Positions 24,817 through 35,530 of a stretch of DNA of 64,000 nucleotides are shown in pieces. The DNA comes from Botryllus schlosseri (lineage: Eukaryota): assembly GCA_051294905.1 (NCBI GenBank), contig CM119371.1, positions 31,930,001 through 31,994,000 of the forward strand, in the 5' to 3' direction. The notes under the pieces are model-generated. The model did not search any database, was not told the origin of the DNA, and was given only the letters and a program-made list of their open reading frames with translations. Made by a program: the position numbers and the translations under genes. How positions within the stretch are numbered: position 1 is the first letter of the stretch; every line of letters starts with the position of its first letter.

Positions 24817-26145
24817 AACTTCATCATAAACCACATTATTTTTAATATTTATCACTGCCTTGTTGAGGAAAAAGCTGTTGTATTGAATCATATGGACGTC
24901 ACAAAAACAAATCCTGCATGTGCTGTAGTAACTGGCGGAGCCGATTCAAAACGTCATGGCGTCTCCGGTAAAAATATTTGTGAGGTCTGTGGAAAAGGAT
25001 TCAAAAGGAAATCTTCTGTCGGACGCCATATGAAAATTCACTTGGGTAGGAAAAACTTTGAGTGTGACATATGCAGGAAGAAGTTTTTTCAGTGGTCACA
25101 CCTAGTTCTTCATTCTCCATTCCACACGGGTAAGAAAAACTGCAAGTGTGATGTATGCGAGAAACCATTCAGCAAAAAATCGAATATTAGATATCACATG
25201 AAACGTCACATCGGATTTGAAGAGTTTTCGTGCAATATATGTGCGAAACCATTCATCAACAAACATCAGATGATAGATCACATGAAAATCCATGCTGAAT
25301 TCAAAGAGTTTGAATGCGACATATGCGGAAAAAATTTTGTGAGAAGGTCCCATCTAAAATATCATTCTTCCACCCACACAGGAATAAAAGACCATAAGTG
25401 TGATGTATGTGGGAAATTATTCATCAGCAAACATCAGATGATTGCTCACATGAAAATTCATGTTGAATTCAAAGAGTTTGAATGCGAGATATGCGGGAAA
25501 AGATTTATGAAAAGATCTGAGCTAAAATATCATTTTCCCACCCACGCTGGAATAAAAGACTATGAGTGCGATGTATGCGACAAGCCATTCAGCACAAAAT
25601 CTCACATGAGAAATCACATGAAAATTCATATCGGATTGAAAGAGTTGAAGTGCGATATATGTGCGAAACCATTTTTTTACAAACGTAACATGACAAATCA
25701 CATGAAAGTTCATGTCAAATTGAAGGAATTTGAATGTAACATATGCGGTAAAAGATTTGTGGAACGGCCTCAGCTAGAATATCATTATTCCGCCCACATG
25801 GGAATCAAAAACTATCAATGTGATGTATGCGGGAAAACATTCATCACGAAGTCTGAACGGAGAAGTCACTTGAAATTTCATGAAGTGAAAAAGTTTGGGT
25901 GCGGTGTGTGCGGAAAAGGTTTTCTAACAAAAAGTCATTTGAGAAGACATGATTTGGTTCATACCGGAGCGAAAGATTACGAATGTCATATATGCGGGAA
26001 GCGCTTTGGACTAAAAGCTAATCTGAAATGTCATTATTTGATACATACTGGGGTGAAAAATCATGAATGTCATATATGCGGAAAGAGTTTTGGACAGAAA
26101 TCTCATCTCGTACATCATTATTTGACTCATGCTGACAAGAAGTAA
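24817..26145 (+). CDS. Z7: C2H2 zinc-finger protein exon, 14 fingers
   Basis: Acceptor ttttttag ends 24816, ATG 24892, TAA 26143-26145; close paralog of Z5. Confidence 0.9.
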   Translation, partial: NFIINHIIFNIYHCLVEEKAVVLNHMDVTKTNPACAVVTGGADSKRHGVSGKNICEVCGKGFKRKSSVGRHMKIHLGRKNFECDICRKKFFQWSHLVLHSPFHTGKKNCKCDVCEKPFSKKSNIRYHMKRHIGFEEFSCNICAKPFINKHQMIDHMKIHAEFKEFECDICGKNFVRRSHLKYHSSTHTGIKDHKCDVCGKLFISKHQMIAHMKIHVEFKEFECEICGKRFMKRSELKYHFPTHAGIKDYECDVCDKPFSTKSHMRNHMKIHIGLKELKCDICAKPFFYKRNMTNHMKVHVKLKEFECNICGKRFVERPQLEYHYSAHMGIKNYQCDVCGKTFITKSERRSHLKFHEVKKFGCGVCGKGFLTKSHLRRHDLVHTGAKDYECHICGKRFGLKANLKCHYLIHTGVKNHECHICGKSFGQKSHLVHHYLTHADKK

Positions 26146-27099
26146 TATGAGTGCGACATTTGCGGAAGAGGCTTCGGACAAAAGTTTGAATTGAAACGTC
26201 ATTTCTGAACTCGTACCAACAAAAAATGAACATGCATGTGACATTTGAGGTGAGGAATTCCGTTGGAGATTATACATTGAAGTAGACATAAAGAAGGCTC
26301 ACTTGCGGAAGCAAAATAGTACAAGTGTGATATATGTGTGAAAGTTTTGAGACAAGTCTTAGTTAGAAAATTATTAAGTATGTGTGACACGATTCAATGT
26401 CAAATTAAACTTGAAGACACAGCAAGATTCATGCGAAAGTAGAAGTGCGATACATGCGGAAAAGATTTTGTATAAGTAACTGTTACCAAACTACTGAAGC
26501 AGATTAGTATCACTGTCGTTAGTGAAATTGCATTTGATGAAGAATCTAATATGAATGTGACAGAATATTTTTTCGTTAATTGCACCGGCAGTGCTATTTT
26601 CATTGCCATTATTCATTCCTTGATGGTCTTGAAGATGTATCTACGAACACAGACATGATGTGTAAAATGCAACTTTTTCTGGTAGTTGAGTAGAAATTCG
26701 TGGTATTGGCTCTACTTTGCTTGAATACCAGCAGCAACTAATTTGACTTCTTCCGAGAACCGTAACTTTTCATGTATGATACTCCTCTATGTATAATACA
26801 CATCCTGAAAATGACATGTAGATTCTGGGAAAAGGGCTTTACTTTACTCATATATAGTACGCACCCTGCACGAGCAGTACATACATAAATGCTGATTATA
26901 CAAGATTCTCATGTTGACGAACTTGCGCATTTGATAAGTTACCAGTGATGGTTATATTTTAGTATTAACGGAGGTCGATAACGAACGTTGAAGTCTGCTC
27001 GTGGCGATTCGATGTCATTCTGTTTAGCAATGACACTGTTAAAACATGACGATATCATGATTGCTAATTGTTATACACTTAACCGCATTGTCTCTAAAC

Positions 27100-28444
27100 C
27101 AGTGATTCCCAAGTGCGGCCCCCACATAGCCTTCTTGCGGCCCCAAAAATATATTAAGAAATCGATTTATGACAAAAAATGAAATTTATAAAAACTCTTG
27201 CTTGGCTTGGCCTCTGTAGTTGTTAATGATAGAATTGCAGGAAAGTTGTGAGTATAGACTGCTAACGTTACGTTACTACTGTTTCAATGCAATGTGCCCT
27301 AACTTTCAAGTTGAACGAGCAGCAGCTATAGATATAAATAGGTATTGATAACTTTGAAAACCGGAGGAAAATCCTGAAAAAATGTTAAATTTTTGCACTT
27401 TGTGGTCGCTTGAATAAAAAAGAAAAAGAGGCTCAACTCCTGTAAAATACAGTTTTTCTTTCACATTAACAGGTGGTTGACTGAAAAAAAGGTCAACTTT
27501 CCGGTCCAGCTCCCGAAATAGTCGCCGTAGCGTTCCTACAGTGCTGACTTAATGTATATCAGTCGCATTTGGCCTTATATGTAATCAAAATCCTCAAAAA
27601 GAAGACATTTGGGCGTCCTCTGAGGACACTTTGAAAGAATCACTAGATGTGCAACACGTGACTCACGGTTGAATACGCCGAGATGCATACTGCTTAGCCG
27701 GCTAAAAGCAGCATAAGTGGTAGTCCTATAACTGCCGCACCCCAAACCCCCCAATTGATGGGGTCCGAGCTCGAAGGGGGCCCAAAATTATTTCGTGAAT
27801 TAGCATAAATTATAAAGTATTTTTTGAAAATTTATGCAACTTTTTCATGCAATTCCCGATCTTATTCACCGATTCTATCATGAATTATCGAAATATTCGC
27901 GCATCGCGCTTTCTCACTAAACAATACAATTTTAATTTCGTGGCAAAAGCGAACAACGTGATGCGAGATCAGTTTATCACCCTATGCGAGCCCGGGGTCC
28001 TGACAAAGTGCTGTTACGTTCCTGCCAACGGGTATACCCCCGGAGATGTTTAATTACTATTGAGGGGGTCTATACCTCTTCAAACACACCTCACTCAGCT
28101 CTATACCGATAAATCAGATTACGTGAACAGAGACAGGATGAAAATTGATAGCAATACATGCAATTCCCGATCATATTGACCGATTCAGTCATGAAACTAA
28201 AGAAATTTCTCGCGCTTAGCGCGTTTAGGCAAGAAAAACTGATTCACTCAACGCACACCCAATGCAGCAGATAAGTAGCGGTAAACAGTGTAAGTTTTGA
28301 AATCTCGCCAGGGCAATAAAACTACTCCGAAATAGCCATGGCGACTGTTTGGGTCCGTTTCATAGCCGTAGTATTCATGCGGCCCCGACCGTACTCTGAA
28401 ATTCTAAATTTGGCCCTCACACCGAAAAAGTTTGGGAACCACTG
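27100..28444. mobile_element. hAT-type non-autonomous element
   Basis: cagtgattcccaa ... ttgggaaccactg with perfect TSD ctctaaac at 27092-27099 and 28445-28452. Confidence 0.9.
27490..27640 (-). mobile_element. Fragment of the TAGGGT-terminated (Blackjack-like hAT) family
   Basis: Reverse complement matches 40600-40770 and 45600-45750. Confidence 0.6.
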
Positions 28445-29323
28445 CTCTAAACTGTGATTGATTGGAGCCAAAGCATGCGAGGCACGAGACGCGATAGATC
28501 CGGCCAGCGAAGACATTTTGCTCACTAGGCCTATTGTGAATGCAATTGTTCAGGCGAGCGTAACCAGGCCTGTTGCAAATGAGAGTGTTTTGGCCAGCCA
28601 TTATATCTTGGATACCTGGCCTGCTCTAGATGCGATTTTTTGCTTGCATACAAATAACAAGCCAACTCAACAGGAGATTGCGTGCTGTTGTGCTACACAC
28701 ACAAATCTCGCTGATTGGCAACATGCTTCTTGCTAATTGGCAGCGCCTAACACTGATTATATGAATTACTGACTGTGCTGCACGATTGACAACAAATAAA
28801 AAGAAAGGTGTGATATCAATTTTTTATTTTGAGGGAGTTTTTTTAATTGAGAGTAGTTGTACATACCCATACATAACACGCACCCTCCCTTCCGACTTTT
28901 GTGTAATATACTTGAAAAATTACGGTAATAGGAGTGTCATGGTATGTTGTGTATCAAGCTGTGATCTTCTCTGATTTGAAAACCTGCTTTTCATCATTTG
29001 ATCCATTGAGAATTTTTGCAATGATCGCCCTTCGCCCTGACACACAGTGCGATAACATCAGTAGCCTACAAATATGAAATTATTTTGGATGAAGTGTAAC
29101 TAGCATCATTTCACTTTAAGCACAAAAGGGTGGATATTCAAACGTTTCAAGTCATTGTTACTGTCCTAATTTTGTTGCATAATAAGCCCTACCGGAATAT
29201 TTGATTCAAAGTTGATACTCGTGATCGAATTCAATCACTTGATTACTCTATTTTACCCAGCCATAGCTGCTGCACCTGATTGAATTTTGTCCTTCATGTG
29301 AACAATGAAGTTTTGATGTAGAC

Positions 29324-30169
29324 CAGGAGTTTCAAACATACGGCACGCCAGATTATTTCATGATTTCATCTGGCCCCCGAAGTTATCTTGAGTAGTTTGA
29401 AAAAGGCTTGATTCATTCAGCAAATTTACAACAAATGTTGACGCATAAGAAATACTTTCATTAAATAATCCTTCAACCCAGCAAATGTCGAGCATGCTTG
29501 TTCAATTTGTTCATGGGTCTCGTTATATTCAATGCAACTGCGGTGATGCGGTTTCATTCTAGTTACCATCAGGAACAGGTCAGTGACATTGACGCCGAAT
29601 TTTGAGAAAGTAAAAAAGCGCACACCGAGCTCCCAGTTTTCTGGAAGAATCAATCAAAAAGTGTTTATTCGCAGAGGCGAAAACGCCTCTATGGAATCAT
29701 TATATGCGGGTTACACGGAGAATAAATAAGTTACACAAAAATATTATTCGAATCTGTGGTCGTACTGCTGTGCCACTTTTGACTCAAAAGGTCCCCGGCG
29801 GCCAGAGAAACCCGAATCGCAATTTAATAATGGTACACCACATTCAAATGTCAGAGTTTATGGTTAAATCTCATGTATTCCTCACAACGCATAGGCAGGG
29901 CTGACGTCAGATTTTGACTGAATCCAAGAGAGCATAGAAATATGCCAACATATATCGTCATTAGAGCCACTCGTTTAGCGGTTCATGTCTGTCAATCACC
30001 GTTTAGGTGCCAATTCCATTATTCGCGAATAAAGGTATTGCTAGAACAGTACCCTATTCAAGTGAAAAACATGGGCATGAGGTAACATTTGAAGTCGTAT
30101 AATTGGTCCGGCCTGGATTGATCTCAAGTTGAATCCGGCCCGCGACGCAATTTGAGTTTGACACCCCTG
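29324..30169. mobile_element. hAT-type non-autonomous element
   Basis: caggagtttcaaac ... gtttgacacccctg with perfect TSD atgtagac at 29316-29323 and 30170-30177. Confidence 0.9.
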
Positions 30170-30605
30170 ATGTAGACTCTGCATTTGCATACACGTTTTG
30201 AAATTCCGCCCTGGTCACAAAGATGCATGTTGTTATTCAGACTACTCATTTGCGTATTTGCCACACACTAATCTTTCTATTGCTCTTTTATGTGTGTTAG
30301 TTTTGGCATGCTTTGGACATTGCTACTTCCACTTTCATTAGAGTATAAATTCACAATATTGGTGGTACGACTATTTGTGTACCAACAATGACTACTTTGT
30401 TGATGACTTCACACCATCATCGTGCTTCAATTAGTCTTGGAATGCTTTGAAAATTGTTACTTTACCTTGAAAAAATGAAAAAATTTCCAATGATATAAAT
30501 TCGCCTTGTGAAAGATTGTTTTTGCCACCTTTGGCTATGCTTTGTAGCGAATGATCAACTTCTGTTATTTGAAAAGCTGCTTTTCATGCTCTAATCTTTT
30601 TTTAG

Positions 30606-31610
30606 CACTTTATCATAAACCACATTATTGTTAATATTTATCACTGGATGTCAAGCGTGTTGTATTGGATCATGTCGACGTCACAGAAAAAAATCCTGCA
30701 TGAGTAATAATACCTGGTGGAGTCGATTCAAAACGCTATGGCGGCTCCAGAGAAAATATTTGTGAGGTCTGTGGAAAAAGATTCAAAAGCAAATCTCATT
30801 TCGGACGCCATAGGTAACAAAAACTTTGCGTGTGACATATGCGGGAAGAAGTTTTTGCGGCGGTCTCATCTAGTTCTTCATTCTCCATACCACACGGGAA
30901 AGAAAGACTACAAGTGTGATGTATGTGAGAAGCTATTCAGCCATAAATCGAACATAAGAAATCACATGAAACTTCACGCCGGATTTAAAGCATTTGCGTG
31001 TGATATCTGTGTGAAACCATTCATCAACAAACATCAGGAGGTAGCTCACATGATGAATTGAAAGAGTTCGAATGTGACATATGCGGAAAAGATTTGTGAG
31101 AAGGTCTAAGCTAAAAGATCATTCTTCCACCCACAAGAATAGAAGACTATAAGTGCAATGTATGTGGGAAATTATTTACCACAAAATCTGAACTGAAAAT
31201 ACACGTGAAATTCCATGACGGAGAGAAAGAACTTGAGTGTCGTGTATGCGGTATATGTTTTGTCACAAATAGTTATTTGAAATATTACAAATGTCATATA
31301 TGTCGGAACGGTTTTGCATTGAAATGTAATCTTAAACATCAATATTTGACACATACCGACCAGAAGGAATATGAATGCGACATTTGCGGAAGAGGCTTTC
31401 GACGAAATTTTGAACTGAAACGTCCTTTTTCCAGCCATATGCACAAGAAAAAATATACGTGTGACATTTGCGGTAAGGAATTTCGTTGGAGATCATACAT
31501 TGATGTACACATGATGATGGTCCACCTGGAGCAAAATAGTACGAGTGGGATATATGCGGAAAAGGTGTTGTGAGAAAGTTTTGGTTAGAAAATCATTATT
31601 CCATGCACGC
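30606..31610 (+). pseudogene. Z8: frameshifted ZF cassette related to Z4/Z5/Z7
   Basis: Acceptor ttttttag ends 30605; leader out of frame; finger-coding pieces in 30717-31061 and 31205-31573 separated by frameshifts and stops. Confidence 0.9.
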
Positions 31611-33525
31611 GTAAACGAAATAGGTCTACCAGTGTTAAGAATTAGACTTGTAGACGTAACAGAATTTCATGCGGAAGTAAAAGTGCAATATATGAGGAAA
31701 TTTTTTTTGTGAAAAATCAGTTGACGACCTAGTGACTGGAGTGAAATTTTATTGGATGAAATTCTATGACAGCTGTTTGATGAAAACCGTAATATGAATG
31801 TGACAGAATATTTTTTCGTTAATTACAATTACAGTGCTATTTTATTCTCCACTATTTGTTCCTTGCTGGTCTCGGCGATGCATCTTCTTATACAGAATGC
31901 TTACTTGTGTAGCCTACTTTCAAACCCTTGTGTTTTACTCCAAATAGGTTTGCCATGATTTGTAATTTGCTAAATTTTTTGTACTTAAGTAGAAATCCAT
32001 GGTATCGGCTCTACTTCTGCTTGATTACCAACAACGTCTAATTTGACTTCTTCTAACTAGGCCTATATTGAGTATCAAACAGTGATGATATGTCATTTGA
32101 AAAGCTGCTTATTATGAATTATTCTAATAAAAAATTTTGCAAGCAACATTTTATCGACCCTCACATTTGACACGAAGTACTATAACATAGTTTTAGTCTA
32201 GAAATATGAGATTACTTTGGATGAAATATAGTTAGCATAATTTTCCCTAACGCCCCAAGAAAATGCATATTCAAATGTTCTAAGTCATTATTTCTGTTGC
32301 TATATGCTGCTATATAGCCTAATAAGTCATACCGGAATATTTGATTCAAAGTTTATATTCGTTTCGTAATCGAATACTTAGGTACTCTAGTTTACCCAGC
32401 CACAGCCGCTGAATCTGCTTAAATTTTGCCCTGAATATGAACAATGAAATTATGACGTAGACTATTTATGATCGCACTGTTCAATATTTCAAAAGATACA
32501 GGTTTCTCAAGTCCGCCTCAATCTCGAATATGCATTTAGGTATGAGGACTACATAATTAGTACTTATCACACCGTAATCTTTCCACTGCTCTTTTTTTCC
32601 AATTGCTACTTTTACTTGTAAATGAGTAAAAATTCGCAATACGTACTTGAAAGATTGTTTGAGATACTACCTGGACTTCAATCTATATGATACCCAAAAC
32701 GTTACCAATGCGTTTATTTCTTGTGTCATTTCACTACACTGACCTTATTTTACATGTCATTTATAATTACCAAATTACATTCCGTTAAAATTGATCTGTT
32801 TCTTGATTAAAGGTTTTGATCATTATGTGTGATTCCATGACAAAGGCCACCATTGAAACACCAAATTATTCTGATAATATTCGTGACCACTGAACAATGA
32901 ACATACAGGTAAATTTGGAGGGAAACGCACGGACTCCCGAATTGTAACTTGTACGCATACTCTATATGAATACTACATCCCCTTCTATCAGCAGCTTAAC
33001 TTGTTCCCTTTCTCGATGTTGACTTTTTCAAGTTGAATACCTAGTTACCTAACTTCTTATCACTGTCATGAGTGAAATTGCATCACATTTATGCGATATA
33101 GGCTTTTGTAGTGTGATTTTGACAGATTTTGCACCGATCTCACCTATTGTCATTGGCATCATTCATTCCGTGCTTGTATTGAAATTGTGACATCCACTTG
33201 CAGTTGAGTGGAAATTCACATTATTGCTTGTACTTCTACTTGTGTACCAACAATGATTACAGGCCACTCTTCACTAAGTACTTGACACACTACCATCTTT
33301 CTCATGTACCTTCCTGTAGTTTTGGCATGGCTTGGAAAATCTACTTCCACTTGTAATTGAGTAGAAATTCACAGTATTTGTTTACCTCCTACTTGTTTAC
33401 CAGCAATCCAAGACCATCATTCTGCTTCAATTAGTTTTGCATATCCGCCTATGCTGTGTATCGTATTGTGAACTTCTGTGATTTCGAAACGTACATTTCA
33501 TCCCATATACCTTTAAAAATTTTAG

Positions 33526-34892
33526 CACTATGTAATAATCCATATTATCTTTGATCCTACTTACCGTGACGTTAAAGAAAAGGCTGTTGTATTGAATCAT
33601 ATGGATGTGACAGAACTAAATTCTTTGTGCCGAGTAAGGAATTGTGCATCCGATTCACAACGTGATGAAGACTTCAGGGAAAATACCTGTGAGATCTGCG
33701 GAAAAGGATTTACCATGAAGTTTAGTATGGGGTTCCATATGAAAACTCACACAGGAGACAAGGAATTTGAGTGTGACATATGCGGGAAAAGATTTATGCA
33801 GAGGTCTCACCTCCTTATTCATACTCCAGTCCACACAGGAAAGAAAGATTACAAGTGTGAGGTATGCGGAAAGTCATTTACCTACGAATCCAATATGAAT
33901 CAACACATGAACATTCATATCGAATTTAAATAATTCGAATGCTATATATGTGTGAAACCCTTCATTGACAATTCGAGCATGACAAAACACATGGAAAGTC
34001 ATACCGGATTCAAGCCATGATCAACATTTGCGGGCAAAGTTCTGTTCAAAGGTTTCAACTAATATGTGATGTATGTGAGAAGCCATTCAGCAATAAATCC
34101 AATATGAGAAATCACATGAAACTTCACGTCGGGTTTAAAGAGTTTGTGTGTGATATATGTGCGAAACCATTCATCAACAAACATCAAATGAGAAATCACA
34201 TGAAAATTCACGTCGAATTGAAAGAGTTTGAGTGTGACATATGTGCGAAACCATTCAACACCAAGCATCAAATGAAAAATCATATGAAAATTCACGTCGA
34301 ATTGAAAAAGTTTGAATGTGACATATGCGGTGAAAGATTTGTGGAAAGAAATGAGCTAAAATGTCATTTTTTCGCCCACATGGGAATAAAAAACTATCAA
34401 TGTGATGTATGCGGGAAATCATTCATCACCAAATCTGCACTTGGAATCCACTGCAAATTTCATGGAGTGAAGGAGTTCGGGTGTGATGTGTGCGGCAAAG
34501 CTTTTGTAATGGAAAGTAATTTGAGAAGCCACTATTTGATTCATACTGGAGCGAAAAATTACAACTGTCATGTATGCGGAAAGAATTTTGTACGGAACCA
34601 TCATCTCAAACGTCATTATTTGACTCATACCGACAAGAAGGAATATGAGTGCAATATTTGCAGAAAAGGCTTCAGACTGATATCTGCAGTCAAACAACAT
34701 TTCGCGACTCATACCAATAAAAAGGAATATACATGTCACATTTGCGGTAAGGGATTCCGTTGGAGATCATGCATTGAAGTACACATGAACAATGCTGAGC
34801 ATGAGCATGAGTGTGATATATCCAGAAAATGTTATGTGAAAAAGTATTGGTTAGAAAATAATTATATGGGAGACGATTCAATATCAATTTAA
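33526..34892 (+). pseudogene. Z9: ZF cassette of the Z2/Z3 subfamily with nonsense codon (33931-33933) and frameshift (about 34015)
   Basis: Acceptor ttttag ends 33525, ATG 33601; aaa TAA ttc gaa tgc where paralogs have a Glu/Gln codon; downstream ORF 34017-34892 keeps 9 fingers. Confidence 0.85.
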
Positions 34893-34936
34893 ACTTGTAG
34901 ACACAAGAAGAATCCCGTCGAAGCAACAGTGCAATA

Positions 34937-35002
34937 CCGTAATTTTCCATATATAATGCGCGAAATTTTACCGATTTTTCGACCTAAAATAGGGGGTGTG
35001 TA
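34937..35002. mobile_element. 5' end fragment of the Tc2-like MITE
   Basis: ta|ccgtaattttccatatataatgcgcgaaattttaccg, as at 11565. Confidence 0.75.
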
Positions 35003-35530
35003 TTAGGGATGGTGTGAACGTGAGGTTCACGTTCGCGTTCTGTGTGTGAACCTCAGAAATTTAAAGGTTCACGTTCACAAACGAACCTTGGTAGGTTATG
35101 CACTGTGAACCTCTTTCATAGATTACCATTTGTCACATCATTATACCATCTTTGGTTGAAATTATTTACATTTCAACTTCGCACCAGGCTATGCAAGGCG
35201 TACGTAGGCAGCATAAAAAATCATCACCAAATGGGCATGCACCTGCCAATCTCAAATCTCAAACTCAATCTCAAACTTGCTTTCTTACAAAAGTTTGCTC
35301 GAAATATCCAGCTTTCCGTTTGTGACTATTCAGGGACTCTCTGCTGTGTGCTTGACCCGCAATCACTCAACATCCAGAGCGAAATACACTACATGTAGCA
35401 TGCAGGTAGTGAGCGAATGATGCTTATTCAACCAATCAATGAAATAAATGTCGTGGTCTGATGTAAAAAATCTCGCAGGCGTGCCTGGTCAATCTTGATT
35501 TCATATGTTTATTGTATTATAAAAAAAATC
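35003..35530. mobile_element. Possible hAT-type element remnant (TAGGGATG start, GTGAAC/GTTCAC subterminal repeats)
   Basis: Begins tagggatggtgtgaacgtgaggttcacgttc; no matching right end or TSD found. Confidence 0.35.

Larger units (their letters stand above)
26760..28925. mobile_element. Old Tc2-like MITE copy split by a hAT insertion
   Basis: Starts ccgtaacttttc, ends gaaaaattacgg|ta; internal cattgtctctaaac ... gccaaagcatgcgagg matches 7945-7990 and 62085-62130. Confidence 0.75.

Noticed and set aside
33181-33440. Minus-strand frame with TGA at the same place in both repeat copies (selenocysteine idea)
   Set aside because: Other copies have CGA, consistent with CpG decay; no SECIS or start is evident.
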